Of a stretch of 64,000 nt of DNA, positions 38,630 to 62,749 are shown piece after piece. Position numbers and translations under genes: made by a program. Under the pieces are notes generated by a model. The model did no database searches and was not told the DNA's origin. It saw nothing but the letters and a program-made list of their open reading frames with translations. Each line of letters begins with the position of its first letter. Positions within the stretch are counted from its first letter, which is position 1. The stretch lies in assembly GCF_009914755.1 (NCBI RefSeq), contig NC_060947.1. One strand, given 5' to 3'. The stretch comes from the human T2T-CHM13v2.0 reference genome, Homo sapiens.

Positions 38630-38750
38630 TGATGTAAGAGTAGTATTATTGTCCCCTTTTATTATGAGACAAGCAACGCCCAGAAAGTTAGAACAATTAT
38701 CCCACAGTCACACATTAAGTTATTGCCACTGGGACTTAAATCCATCCCTT
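38630..38750. mobile_element. MIR relic
   Basis: tattattgtccccttttt...gcccagaaagtta...gtcacac core-like motifs. Confidence 0.55.
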
Positions 38751-41427
38751 CTTTCTTTCTTTATTTTTAAGCCACTTTATTGAGGTATGATTAACATGTA
38801 AAAAGCTGTGCATATTTAATGTACACAACTCAATGATTTGGGGTATATCATCTGTGAAACTGTCACCACCATCAAGGTCATAGACATGTCCACCACCTCC
38901 CAAAATTTCCTCCTGCCCCCTTCATTATTATAATTGTTTCTTGTGGCGAGAACACTTACCATAAGAACTACTCTCTTAGCAAATTTTAAGTATACAATAC
39001 AGTATTGTTAGCTATAAGAACTATGCTGTATAGTAGATCTCCAGGACTTATTTACCTTGTGTAACTGAAACTTTGTACCCTTTGACCATCATCTTTTTAT
39101 TTACCCCCGCCCTCCCCAACCAGCCCTGGACAACCACCATTGTACTCTCTGCTTCTATGAGTTTGACTGCTTTAGATTCCACATGTAAGGTGTGGAAGAC
39201 TTATACACAAAAATACAGTATTTTTCTTTCTGTGCCTGGCTTATTTCACTTAGCATAATGTCCTCCATGTCCATCCCTGTTGTTGCAAATGGCAGGATCG
39301 CCTTCATTTTAAAGGTTGAATGATATTTCATTGTGAATATATACCACATTTTCTTTATCTGTTCATCTGTTAATGGACATTTAGGTTGTTTTCATATCTT
39401 GGCTGTTGTGCAATAAACACGAGAGTGCAGGTATCTCTTCGTGATCCTGATTTCAATCCCTTTGGATAAATACCCAGAAGTGGGATTGCTGGATCCTATG
39501 GTAGTTTTATTTTCAATTTTTTGAGGAACTTCCATACTGGTTTTCATAATGATCGCATCAATTTACATTCCCACCACCAGTTTACCTGGATTCCCTTTTC
39601 TCTGCATCCTCACCAACACTTGTTATCTTTTGCTTTTTCACTAATAGCCATCCTAACAGGTATGAGGTGATATCCCATTGTGGTTTTGATTTGCATTTTC
39701 CCGATTAGTAAATGTTGAGCACTTTTTCATATTTCTGTCAGCCATTTGTATATCTTCTTTTGAGAAATGTTCGTTCTGGTCCTTTTCCCACTTTTTATTT
39801 GGGTTCTTTTTTTGCTATTGAGTTGCAGGAGTTCCTTATATATTTTGGGTTTCACTCCCTTATCAGATACATGGTTTGCAAACATTTTCTCCTATTCTGT
39901 ACGTTGCCTTTTTCTGCCATCGTCAATTATTTTCTTTGCTCTGCAAAGCTTTTTGTATGATATAATTGTGTTTGTTAACTTTTGCTGTTATTGCCTGTGA
40001 TTTCGTACAAAAAAATCATTGCCAAGACCAACGTCACTGAGCCTTTCCCTTATGTTTTCTTCTAGGAGGTTTGCCATTTCAGGTATTATGTTTAAGTCTT
40101 TAATCCATTTTGAGTGATTTTTGTATATGGTGTGGGATAAGGATCCACTTTCATTCTTCTGCATGTGAATATCCAGTTTTCCCAACACCATTTATTGAAG
40201 ACTCTGTACTTTCCCCATTTTGTATTCTTGTCAAAGATTAGTTGACTGTACATGCATGGGTTTATTTCTGGGTTTTCTGTTCTGTTCCATTGGTCTATGT
40301 GTTTGTTTTTATGCCAGTACTATGTCGTTTTGATATTATAGCTTTGTGAAATAATTTGAAATCAGAAAGCATGATGCTGCCATTTCTCCTTATTCAAGAC
40401 TGGTTTGACTATTTGGGTTTTTTGTGGTTGCATATGAATTTTAGGATTGTTTTCATTCTATTCCCATGAAAAATATGATTGGAATTGACAGGGTTTGCAT
40501 TGAATCTGTAGAACTCCTTGGGTAGTATGGGCATTTTAATAATATTAATTCTTCCAAACCGTGAACATGAGACATGTTTGCATTTAATTGTGTCTTCTGT
40601 TTCTTTCATCAATATTTTATACTTTTCAGTGTACAGATCTTTCACCTGTTTTGTTAAATGTATTCCTAAAATTTTCTTCACTTTTTTGATGCTACTGTGA
40701 GTGGGATTGCTTTCTTAATACCTTTTTTGAATTGTTCACTGTTGGCATATAAAAATGTAACTGATTCTTGTATGTTGATTCAGTATCCTACAAGTTTATG
40801 ACATTTGTTTTTATTAGTTCTAACAGTATTTTTTCTGTGAAGTCTTTAGGATTTTCTATATACCAGATCATGTCATTAGCAAAGAGAGACAATTTTACAT
40901 CTTCCTTCCTGATTTGGGTGCCTTTTATTTCTTTTTCTTGCCTAATTACTCTGGCTAGGACTTCCAGGGCTATGTTGAATAGATGTGAAAGTGGGCATCC
41001 TTGTCTTACTGATGATCTTAGAGGAAACGGTTTCAGCTTTTCATCATGGGGTATGATGTTTGCTGTAGGCTTGTCATATATTAACATTTATGATGTTCAG
41101 ATACATTCATATTATACCTAATTTGTTGAGAGTTTTCATCATAAACTGATGTTGAGTTTTATCGATGCTTTTCCTGCATCTATTGAAATGGTCCAATGAT
41201 TTTTAAATCTTTCATTCTGTTAATGTGGTGTTTCACATTGATTGATTGGCGTGTGTTGAACCATCCTTGCTTCCTGGGAATAAATATCACTTGATGGCAG
41301 TGTATGATCCTTTTAATGTGCTGTCAAATTCAGTTTGCTAGTATTTTGTTGAGGAGTTTTGCATCCATGTCCGTCAAAGATACTGGCCAGTAGTTTCCTT
41401 TTCTTGTAGCATCATTGTCTGACCTTA

Positions 41428-41843
<416 letters not shown>

Positions 41844-42885
41844 TTAGTTCTTCTTTAAATGTTTGGTAGAATTTACCAGTGAAGCTATTTTGACTTGGGA
41901 TTTTCTGTTTGGAGAAATTTTTGATTCCTGATTCAATCTCCTTACTCATTATTATCTGTTCACACTTTGTATTTCTTCATGATTCAATCTTAGTAGGTTT
42001 TATGTTTCTACAAATTTCTGCATTTCTTCTAGGTTATCCAATTTGTTGGCTTATAATTGTTCGTAGTAGTCTCTTATGATCCTTTGAATTTCTGTGGTAT
42101 CAGTTGTAATGTCTTCTCTTTCATTTTTTATTATATTTATTTGAGTCTTTTCTCTTTTTTTCCTGGTTATTCTAGCTTAGGGCTTGTCAAAATTATTTTT
42201 ATCTTTTCAAAATATCAACCCTTAATTTTGTTGCTTTTTTTCTATTGTTTTCCTGGTCTCTATTTCATTTATTTCTGCCTTGAGCTTTGTTATTTCCGTC
42301 CTTCTGCTAGTTTTGGGCTTAGTCTGTTCTTATTTGTCTAGTTATTTGGGATCTTAATTTTTTTCTTAATGTAGACATATATTACTACAAACTTCCCTCT
42401 TAGTACTGCTTTTGCTGCATCACGTGAGTTTTGGTATATTTTCATTTTTCTTTGTCTCTAGACATATACTGCTTTCCCATTTGATTTCTTTTTGACCCAT
42501 TGGTTGCTCAAGAGCATGTTGTTTATTTTCCACATACTTGTGAGTTTTCCTCCTGTTACTGATTTCTAGTTTTATACTGCATTTTGATTGGAAAAGATAT
42601 TTGATATTATTTCAATCTTCTTAAATTTGTTAAGGCTTATTTTGTGGTCTACATATGATCTTTTCTGGAAACATGTTCCACATGCTCTTGATAAGTACAT
42701 TTGGCCCCATATCTGTGGGTTCCCCATCTGTGTATTCAACTAACCATGGATTAAAAATATTTGAAAACAAATGGGTGCTTGTGTCCATATTGAATATATA
42801 CAGACTTTTTTCCTTGCTGTTATTCCCTAAAGGATACAGCATAACAACTATTTACATAGCATTTCCATTGTATTAGGTATTATAA

Positions 42886-43192
<307 letters not shown>

Positions 43193-43233
43193 TTTATAAG
43201 TAATTTTGATTTGATTTGAAGTATATGGGAGGT

Positions 43234-43540
43234 TGGCTGGGCACAGTGGCTCACGCCTGTAATCCCAGGACTTTGGGAGGCCGAGGAGGGTGATGGCTTT
43301 AGCCTGGGAGTTTGAGACCAGTCTGGGCAACACGGCGAAACCCCGTCTCTACAAAAAAATATACAAAAATCAGCTGGGCTGGACATTGTGGTGCGCACCT
43401 GAGGTCCCAGCTACTCAGAAGGCTGAGGTGGGAGGGTTACTTGAGCCTGGGAGGTCAAGGCTGCAGTGAGCCGTGATCGCGCCACCACACTTCAACCTTG
43501 GCAACAGAGTGAGTCTTTGTTTCAAAAATAAAAAATAAAA
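43234..43540 (+). mobile_element. AluJ-like element
   Basis: gaggtcaaggctgcagtgagccgtgatc J-type motif. Confidence 0.9.
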
Positions 43541-43864
43541 AAAGATTTTTAAAAAATATATCGGAGAATGTGCATGGGTTATATGGAAATACTATACCAT
43601 TTTATATAACAGACTTGAGCATCCGTGGGCTTTGGTCTACATGGCCCAGGGTCCTAAAATGAATTTCCCATAGATACTGAGGAACAACTGTATGTACATT
43701 CTTCTGCTGTTGGATGGACTGTTCTATATATGTCTGTAAGTTCCATCTTATCTAAAGCATTGTTCAGCTTCTTTGTTTCCATATTCATATAATCTATCCA
43801 TCATCAAAAGTGAGGTATTAAATTTCTCCCATATTATTATATTGCTATTTCTCCCTTCAGTTCT

Positions 43865-44228
43865 AAATCAATGTACAAAAATCACTAGCATTCCTGTACA
43901 CCAACAACAGTCAAACCGAGAGCCAAATAAGAAAGGCATTCCCATTCACAATGGCCACAAAAACAATGAAATACTTAGGAATGCAGATAACCGAGGAGGT
44001 AAAAAAAAAAAAAAAAAAACCTCTATTATTAGAATTACAAAATATTGGTGAAAGAAATCAGAGATTTCCCAAACAAATGGAGAAATATTCCATACCCATG
44101 GATTAGAAGAATCAATATTGTTAAACTGACCATACTGCCCAAAGGAATTTACAGAATCAATGCTATTCCTATCAAACTACCAATGACATTCTTCACAGAA
44201 CTAGAAAAAACTATTTTAAAATCCATAT
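43865..44228 (+). mobile_element. Older L1PA ORF2 fragment (host of two Alus and L1 copy B; resumes 50265-50375)
   Basis: ORF2 relic [10 protein letters not shown]...[14 protein letters not shown]. Confidence 0.85.
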
Positions 44229-44697
<469 letters not shown>

Positions 44698-45037
44698 TCA
44701 AGTGGGTCCCTGACCCCCGGGTAGCCTAACTGGGAGGCACTCCCCAGGAGGGGCAGACTGACACCTCACACGGCTGGGTACTCCTCTGAGACAAAACTTC
44801 CAGAGGAACGATCAGGCAGCAACATTTGCTGTTCACCAATATCGACTGTTCGGCAGCCTCTGCCGCTGATACCCAGGCAAACAGGGTCTAGAGTGGGCCT
44901 CCAGCAAACTCCAACAGACCTGCAGCTGAGGGTCCTGATTGTTAGAAGGAAAACTAACAAACAGAAAGGACATCCACACCAAAACCCCATCTGTACGTCA
45001 CCATCATCAAAGACCGAAGATAGATAAAACCACAAAG

Positions 45038-46054
45038 ATGGGGAAAAAACAGAGCAGAAAAACTGGAAACTCTAAAAATCAGAGTGCCACTCCTACTCCA
45101 AAGGAACGCAGCTCCTCACCAGCAACGAAACAAAGCTGGACAGAGAATGACTTTGACGAGTTGAGAGAAGAAGGCTTCAGATGATCAAACTACTCTGAGC
45201 TAAAGGAGGAAGTTCGAACCCACGGCAAAGAAGTTAAAAACCTTGAAAAAAAATTAGACGAATGGCTAACTAGAATAACAAATGCAGAGAAGTCCTTAAA
45301 GGACCTGATGGAGCTGAAAACCATGGCACGAGAACTACGTGACAAATGCACAACCCTCAGTAGCCGATTCCATCAACTGGAAGAAAGGGTATCAGTGATG
45401 GAAGATCAAATGAATGAAATGAAGCGAGAAGAGAAGTTTAGAGAAAAAAGAATAAAAAGAAATGAACAAAGCCTCCAAGAAATATGGGACTATGTGAAAA
45501 GACCAAATATACGTCTGATTGGTGTACCTGAAAGTCACGGGGAGAATGGAACCAAGTTGGAAAACACTCTGCAGGATATTATCCAGGAGAACTTCCCCAA
45601 TCTAGCAAGGCAGGCCAACATTCAAATTCAGGAAATTCAGAGAACGCCACAAAGATACTCCTCGAGAAGAGCAACTCCAAGACACATAATTATCAGATTC
45701 ACTAAAGTTGAAATGAAGGAAAAAATGTTAAGGGCAGCCAGAGAGAAAGGTCGGGTTACCCACAAAGGGAAGCCCATCAGACTAACAGCGGATCTCTCAG
45801 CAGAAACTCTACAAGCCAGAAGAGAGTGGGGGCCAATATTCAACATTCTTAAAGAAAAGAATGTTCAACCCAGAATTTCATATCCAGCCAAACTAAGCTT
45901 CATAAGCGAAGGAGAAATAAAATCCTTTACAGACAAGCAAATGCTGAGAGATGTTGTCACCACCAGGCCTGCCCTAAAAGAACTCCTGAAGGAAGCACTA
46001 AACATGGAAAGGAACAACCAGTACCAGCCACTGCAAAAACATGCCAAATTGTAA
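45038..46054 (+). pseudogene. L1 ORF1p of copy B, premature stop at 45182-45184
   Basis: MGKKQSRK...QKHAKL. Confidence 0.95.
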
Positions 46055-46102
46055 AGACCATTGAGGCTAGGAAGAAACTGCATCAACTAACGAGCAAAAT
46101 AA

Positions 46103-50048
<3,946 letters not shown>

Positions 50049-50374
50049 AATGAGAACACATGGACACAGGAAGGGGAACATCACACATCGGGGCCTGTTG
50101 GGGGGTGGGGGGAGGGGGGAGGGATAGCATTAGGAGATACACCTAATGTTAAATGACGAGTTAATGGTTGCAGCACACCAACATGGCACATGTACACATA
50201 TGTAACTAACCTGCACGTTGTGCACATGTACCCTAAAACTTAAAGTAGAATTAAATATATATATATATGAAAGGTGAAAAGAGCCCAGATAGCCAAGGCA
50301 ATACCAGGCAGAAAGAACAGAGCTGAAGGCATCACGCTACCCAACTTCAAACTGTACTACAAGGCTAAAGTAAC

Positions 50375-51515
50375 CAACAGCCTCATTAAAAAGTGTGCAA
50401 AGGACATGAACAGACACTTTTAGAAAGAAGACTTACATGCGGCCAACAAGTACATGAAAAAATGCTCAACATCACTGATCGTTAGAGAAATGCAAATCAA
50501 AACCACAATGACGTATCATCTCACACCACTCAGAATGGCTATTATTTAAAGGTCAAAGACCAGGCGCAGTGGCTCACACCTGTATTCCCAGCACTTTGGG
50601 ATGGCGAGGAGGGAGGATCACTTGAGGTTAGGAGTTCAAGACCAGCCTGGCCAATATGGTGAAACCCTGTCTCTACTAAAAAATACAAAAATTAGCTGGA
50701 CGTGGTGGTGCATACTTATAGTCCCAGCTACTCGGGAGCCTGAGGCAGAGGCAACAGAGTGAGACTCCATCTCCTAAAAAAAAAAAAAAAAATTTTTTTT
50801 TTTAAAAAAGGTCAGGCCGGGTGCGGTGGCTCACACCTGTAATCCCAGCACTTTGAGAGGCCCAGACAGGCAGATCACGAGGTCAGGAGTTAGAGACCAG
50901 CCTTGCCAACATAGTGAAACCCCATCTCTACTAAAAATACAAAAATTAGCTGGGCATGGTGGTGCACACCTGTAGTCCCAGCTACTCATGAGGCTGAGAC
51001 AGGAGAATCACTTGAACCAGGGAGGGGGAGGTTGTGGTGAGATGAGATCGCCCCACTGCACTCCAGCCTGGGAGACAGAGTGAGAGTCCATCTCAAAAAA
51101 AAAAAAAGAAAAAAAAAAGTCAAAAAAAGGTCAGATGCTGGTGAGGTTGTGGAGTAAAGGCACCACTTATACACTGCTGGTGGGAACATAAGTTCAGCCA
51201 TTGTGGGAAGCAGTTTGGTGATATCTTAAAGAACTAACACAGGAACTGAAAAACAAATACCACATGTTCTCACTTACAAGTGGGAGCCAAAGATTGAGTA
51301 CACATGGATACAAAGAAGGGAACAGCAGACACCGGGGCCACATGAGGGTGGAAGGAGGGAGGAGGGTAAGGATCGAAAAAGTGCATATTGGGTACTATGC
51401 TTATTACCCGGGCGATGAAATAATCAAGACACCAAACCCCTATGACATACAATTTACGCATATGACAAATCTGCACATGTACTCCTGAAACTAAAGTAAA
51501 AGTTACCAAAAAAAC
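50375..51515 (+). mobile_element. Older L1PA 3' end with two Alus (50559-50792, 50815-51119)
   Basis: ORF2 C-terminus and 3'UTR with internal deletion at aagaactaacacagg. Confidence 0.88.
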
Positions 51516-52517
51516 CCTCAAGTACTTTCTGTGATTATGCTAAAGAATCTCACATTGCTTGATTCCTGGGGCTAACTGTACAAAACCTAATTGTACAGTT
51601 TGACCATGTACAAATATATATACACCAGTTGAATGTACAGCCTAGCCAGAAATCTGTGAAAATCAGAGTGTTAATTGGGAAACAGTGAAACCTTGATATT
51701 TGGAATGGGCGTCTCTGGGAGGATTTGTGGATATTCTTTGCAGTGGACCCAAAACCGCTTGGGGACAAAAGCAGAGTCAAACGTGAAAAGAAGGCCAACA
51801 CAACATGATGGCTACCGTAGGAATGGATTTTGAGAGTGCTTGACCAAGTAGGGGAACACGACTTTAGTTTGAGGTGAATTGTCAATATGGATGGGCTTTG
51901 CAGAATTTGCACCGTGTGAAATCCCTTGGCATGTTGTAGATAAAGTAATTTAAAATGTTAGGGAAAGCTAGAGGGAAACTGTCATGTATGTCACCCTACC
52001 CCCTGACTATGTCAAACTTGAGTGGGACCGCAGAGTCTCCCTCCACAGTTTGAGACTACACTGGGTGAAGAAAATGGTGATGTGTTTTTGAAATGCTCCA
52101 TCAGCTGTTCTCAGTGGCCACAGAATGCTGATGGGAACCATTGCAGCTGAATTGGAATCCCTGCTTTTGATAAGGATGTGTATCCTGAGTGGCAGAGGTA
52201 ATGGCACTTACCTGGGTGCCCTTACCAGGAATGTTGGTGTGGTGACCCTAATGGGCAGCAAGGTCAGGATAGTAGTCAGAGTGGCCTGATATGAGAGATC
52301 ACACATTGTATTCAATTAATCATGGAGTCCGGAGGAACAAAATTGGCTGACGTCGCACTGGGGTCCTAGGGGGTTTGGAAAAGTCTTTGAGATGGTCACA
52401 TCCCTTGTAAGGAGAACAGGGTTGACATGGTGAGATGGAGTGAGGCAGATAGCTTGGTGTGCTGATTCTGGGCCCATTCCTAAGTTCTCAAAGCTGGAGT
52501 GGCTGAGGGAAAGTTCA

Positions 52518-52848
<331 letters not shown>

Positions 52849-53100
52849 TCAACAAGTCTGTACTAAGCATTGTGGAGACACGGGGGGAACAGTCACAAGC
52901 CGGGATGCCTACTACCATAGGCTAGAAGGAAAGGTAGGCACGTTAATAAGAAGCAGTGTAAGTGCATCACAGTTGGAGAAGTACAGGGGCTAGAGGAGCA
53001 CAGACATGGCAGGGATGGTCAAAGTCTTCTCCTAGAGGAACCGACTGCTGAACTTAAACCTGAAGTATGACAAGGAGTTAGCCAGGCAAAGAGAGGGCTA

Positions 53101-54900
<1,800 letters not shown>

Positions 54901-57338
54901 AAACCAGCATATTTTATCTGTGTCAATACAGCAATTTAAAAGACCCTGGAAGTCTGTTGACTGAAGAGTCATTTGAACCACCATCCACTGAATTTCTGTC
55001 CCTGACTTGAGTCAGTTTATAGACCCAGAGGCCCTCAAATGAAGAGAAAGTCACAGAGCAAACTCAATGTATAATGTGAATCTTCATTCTAGTATTTCTC
55101 TGAGAGACTTGCAGCCAGTTAGTTAGGTACATAGGCACTGCAGAAAAGGGAAACACCGAAACAGTTAGTCATTATTGGATATTGACTCTAAGCTAATACT
55201 AATGGCTCGGAATGCAGAATGCCACCATGGTCCATCAGTCAGAGGGAGGCTTATCAGGATCAGATGATGGATGAAATCTTGAACAAAGTTCGTCTCATGG
55301 TTGTTTCTCTAGTTCCTGCAAGTATTTGTGGAGCACGTGCCCCCAGGTGCATGCGCACATGCACACACACTTATTCAGAAGCTGCAAGAATCTCCACGTT
55401 GCCTCTGTAACCCACCATGGAGTAAGAGCTATTATGCTAAAGAAGGCTAAGAAATTACTGGATTTCCCCCCACCCTTACTTCTTGCCAAGATACGAAATC
55501 CATAGAAATATCACATGCCTGTGGAAATATCAGGAAAAGCATGCCATGCAGAAAATAGTAAAAGACACAGAAGTAGTCATTTGTATCTCATTCACATGCC
55601 AATTCTGGCCAGTGCGAGAGATGAATGGACCTTGGGGTGTACATGTGGATTATCATAAATATAATCAGGTGGTGATTGCTGATTGCAGTTGCTATCCCAG
55701 ATGTGACCTCCTTAATGGAGTAAATCAATATTCTTTTCTACATTCCAGCAAGCAGAGAACACTAAAAGCACCTTGCTTTCCTTAGCATAGAAAATTCTAT
55801 ACACTTACTGTCATGCACAGAGATATATCATTTTTTCCAAGTCTGAGCTCTAGTTTAGTCTTTGGAGATTTTAACCACACCACCTTCCACTGGGAATTAC
55901 TCTAGTCTGCTCTGTTGATGATATCATGCTGATAGGACCTAGGTAAGAGAAAGTATGGGTATCTAGATACTTTGGAAAGACTCATGAGGGTCCAGAGACT
56001 TTGAGTTCAATTCTTTGAAATCACAGAAGCCTGCCACCTCTATGAAATTTGGAGGGGTCCAGTGACTTGAGGCACGTCAAGATATTTCTCCAAATGTGGA
56101 GGCCAAGTGGCTTCCGTTTTCATCCCATACCAGTAATGAGGCACAGTGCTTGGTGGGCCAATCTGGATGTTGAAGATAAAATTTGCCATATTTGTGTGTC
56201 CTACTCCAACCCATTTTGTAGGTAACAAGAAAAATGGCCAGTATTCAGTGGGGCCCAGGGTAAATGAAGGCTCTCCCATTGTCCCAGGCTGCAGTTCACC
56301 CAGATCTGCCACCAAGCCCTTATGACTCAAGGGATCCGAAAGGTGCTTGAAATGTCTGTAACAGGTCATGACACTTTATGGAGTTGGGAGTAATCCCTGT
56401 TGAGAGAAACATGTCAGTAAACCCTGTGATTGGAGCAAATCCATGCCTTCATCAGCAAGGAACTATTGTTTTTTGAGAGACTGTTCCTAGCTTGCTACCG
56501 GCCCTGGTAGACTGGCCATGAGAAACCAAATTGGTCATGTGATCTGAGCTGTCCATCATGAACTGGGCGTTGACTAATCCACCAAGCCGTAAAGTCTAGC
56601 GTAACCAGTACAACCCCATCCCCAAAGGGAAATCATATATACCAAATTGGGCTTTTATTCCTCCCCGTGCTGCCACCTGTTCTTCAACCCACACCCATGG
56701 GTTCATTGGGAGTTTCTCATAACTCGGTGACTGGGGAGAAAACTCGGTAGCCTGGCCTAAAGAAGGGCTCTGCAGGACGTGCAGGAGCCATGTGGAAATG
56801 GACTGTGAAGAGGCTCCTAATAATTAAGTGAAATACACAGGACTGTCTGCGAAAGCCATTCAGGCTCTTTCCTGGTGTTTTCATCCACAGTGCAGTGAAT
56901 ACTCTTGTACAGACAGACTTCCTTTGGCACATATTCAAGAGAGTTCCTAGAAGAGAGTTTTGAAAGCTTTTCTGACAGAAACCCCAGGAAGAAATGTATT
57001 TTGTGTTGTGCCCTGGAGAACACAAGCTTGCCTACCCACATGCATATAAGCACACACGTATATGCCAGTGAAATAACATTTTCATAAAATAGTACTCACC
57101 CTAACTGCATGCAATGCAATCAGATATTTTCTATTCTATTTTCTTCCGGTTCACTTGTTTAATGGCATCACAACCCACTAAAGTAACTCCACAACACATC
57201 CACTATAGTGTCATAGCCGGCAATTGAAAAATGTTCTCACATACACCTAAAAGTGGAATTCTTGGACCTAGATTACTGGCATCTTTGATTTGACTCAAAT
57301 TTTCTAAATACTTATCTAAATTCTACTCTCTCAAGTGA

Positions 57339-57680
<342 letters not shown>

Positions 57681-59679
57681 ATCACTCATTGTTTTCTAAA
57701 TGTGAAAAAATTTGCTCATCTCTTTAGTGTGAAGTATCTAGAGTAGAAAAATATTATAGTAGCCAAAGGAAGAGGTAGAGTTTGGTCTTCATCTGTGGTC
57801 TTCTTTTCTTGTTCCTCTTTTTTTAATGTTTACTGATGTAATCAGTGTTTTGGGTTTTTTAAGTGAGATCTACTAGAATATGCTTAAATGCCTATGTTAA
57901 TGATGTTGAGGGAAGGAAGAAATGAATGATTCTGAAAACCGTGTATTTGGAGGCAGGGAGTCAAAGGCTCAAAGTACTTGAGGTGGGATGGAAATCAAAG
58001 TGCACGTGAAGGGATCAGAGGAGAAATGTTTTCTCCCTTGTAACCAGAGGAGGAAGTTGGGTTAGAAGTAACATAGATTTAACATTTTAATGATGGGAAG
58101 ATGAGGGGCTTTGTTTTAAGACAGACATGGTGCCTGTGCTCTGGAGCTTACAGTCCAGCAGAAAAACAGTCAGTAATTAGAAGTTACATGTGCTTAAAGT
58201 GAACATGGTGCCGTAGTGGGATTCAGTGAAGGATTTAACCTAGTTGCAGGACTCCATGGAAGACATACTAAGAATATGATGTTTAAGCTGCGACCTAAGT
58301 GATGAGGAAGAGTTACTGAGTCAAAGATTGGGAGAAAAGTATACCAGGCAACAAAACAGGGAACTTAAAGGAGTTTAAGTGGTTGAGAAAGTAAAGGAAA
58401 GTCAGTATTGCCAGTGTAGAGATTGAGGAGGACCGAAGTTGACTGGAAGCTAGAGAGGTAGGTAAGGTTGACATCATGTAAGGTCTTACAAGCCCTGTAA
58501 AGAGTTTGGACTTAATTACCACTTACATGGGAAGCCATTACAGAACTTTAAGCAAGAGGACAGACATGATCAGAAAGGTTTTCTGTAAAACATTACTACC
58601 GCTGCTTTTGGAGAATGTATCAGAGATGGGCCAGAGGAGATGTGGCCAGGACTATTTTTCAGTAGTCCATGTGATGACTGGTGACTTGGATTGGAGAAGG
58701 GGCAGCAGATATGGACAGATTTGAGAGATGGTGAAAAGACAGAATTGACAACGTGTGGTAATGGAATGTTGGGATGTGTATGTGCAGGGAGAGGAATGCA
58801 AGGAAACTCGTGTTTTTCATATAGGCGAGTGGGTGGATGTTGTACAATTTACTGAGATGGGAGAGACTGGAAGAGAATCAAGTTTAGTGGAGAGGATCAT
58901 GAGTTCACTTACGTTCATTGTGATGCATTTGAAATAAATGTGTCTGAGTCAGTAATCCTTTTGTCAGCAGGTACCAAGAGACATACCAACAGGATACCCA
59001 AACAGGGCTTAAAGCTTTATGAAAAAAGTCTAGATGAAGTTGGTTGTTAGAATTGGTTCAGTGATTTAAAATGTCAATGCTGACATCTCCGTAATTTTCT
59101 TGGCCTTTTCCTCATGATCACAAATACTGTTCAACACATCCAAGTCCAAGGCAGGAAGACAGGAAAAAGAGGGAAAAGGTTTTCTTCTTTTGACAGGTTG
59201 TCATTTTCTTCAAGAAGAAAAGCTACCATTTATTATTTTCCTAATTAGAGGCAATTTTAGTGGCTTCTGTATTAAATTTCTCATAATGAACATTTTTTTT
59301 TCATCATCACACAGGTAGTTCTTAGCTGCATCATTGCATGTAAGATTGCTTAGGAGAAACACTAGACATTAAAACAGAAGATGAAAAAAGAAGAATATTA
59401 GGGAAATTTCTGAAGAGTTTTCACAGTTAATGATTGGCTGTAGTAAACGTTTCAGGTAAAATGGTAGAAATATGTTTTCAATCAAATTAGGGTGACATGT
59501 TCAACATGGGAATGACCAACTGTGTGTTCAAATGCTGATGGGGGTCAATAAGATGAGGTCTAAAAAGTGGCCATTGAGTTTAGTAACTTGTTGGTTATCT
59601 GGGACCTTTGCAAGAGCACTTTTAATACTGCTGGATGGCCAAACCACACTGAAGTGGGTTGAGAAGTGTATGAATGTTA

Positions 59680-60080
<401 letters not shown>

Positions 60081-60309
60081 CTCATGAGATGAATCCAACA
60101 GAGATGGTAAGGTTGTAAATCAGCAACACAAGGGGATAATCCACACAGCACAATGCTGATTATGCAGGAAGGATACTAAGTGAGGTGATGCTTGGATAAT
60201 AAGAGGCAAGGAGAGAAGCTTGGGGCCAATGGAGATAGGTTATGTATTTAGTGGTGGAAGGTTAGTATTTCGTATCTTTATGAATATGAAGATTTCATAA
60301 AATATGAAG

Positions 60310-60448
60310 TACTTTGTATTATTAAGTATTCATTAAGTATCATCATTATTCAATCATATCATATATCATTCATATAAGTATTCATTAAGTATCATATCAT
60401 TAAGTATTCATTATCATATCATTAAGTATTCATTAAGTATGAAGTATC
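60310..60448. repeat. AT-rich patchwork repeat of attaagtattc / atcatatc units
   Basis: attaagtattcattaagtat recurs several times, interleaved with catat. Confidence 0.85.
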
Positions 60449-60449
60449 T

Positions 60450-62020
<1,571 letters not shown>

Positions 62021-62406
62021 TACTTTTGGTACTTCTGCAAGTGGAGATGAAAGAAGGGTTAAAAACAGAAAGGTTGCATGAAAGTCTGTTTAAGAAGCAC
62101 TTAGATTTCCAGATACTCCCCTCACTCTGTCAACTGGGTGATTTATCTCCTGCGCCCCGGAAGAAGATTCAAGGATTATTGTTAGGAGGGGAAAAATAGA
62201 GGAGCTCTGGAATGGGGGACTCCAGGCATAATTGAGGTTAAAAATCCCATATTGCAAAGTGGAGTTAAGTGAACATAATCAAACAGATTATCAGACATCC
62301 GAGGAAAGTTTCTAACATGAAAGATAGAGAGGGACAGGAAGAAACTAGAAAGAAACTATGCAGTAATAGGAAGCCTTTTAAAAAAGCCATTAACCATTCC
62401 TCAGAG

Positions 62407-62749
62407 AGCAATCCCCAACCTTTTTGGCACCAGGGACCTGTTTCATGGAAGACAATTTTTCAACCGACCAAGGAAGAGATGGGGGGATGGTTTCGGGATG
62501 AAACTGTTCCATCTCAGATCATCAGGCATTAGATTCTCGTAAGGAGCATGCAACCTAGATTCCTCACATGTGCAGCTCACAGAATGGTTCCGCTCCTAAG
62601 AGAATCTAATGCCTCCGCTGATCTGACAGGAGGCGGAGCTCAGGTGGTAATATGTTCACTCACCCACTGCTCACTTCGTGCTGTTCAGCCCAGTTCCTAA
62701 CAGGCCACGGATCGATACTGATCCAGTGCCCAGGGGTTGGGGACCCCTG
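62407..62749. mobile_element. MER1B-like hAT-Charlie DNA transposon
   Basis: Terminal inverted repeats ...tccccaacc / ggttggggacccctg; similar 8-bp flanks cctcagag/ccttagaa. Confidence 0.88.

Noticed and set aside
43820-43870. Symmetry centre of the converted tract (about 43830) falls near the L1M/L1PA junction at 43865
   Set aside because: The centre shifts by kilobases for other parts of the arms because of indels; treated as coincidence.
50776-50810. Poly-A immediately followed by poly-T
   Set aside because: Alu tail variation; too low in complexity to interpret.
59290-59462. Possible exon (polypyrimidine...cag and caggtaaa)
   Set aside because: Splice-like motifs alone are common; no reading frame or other support.
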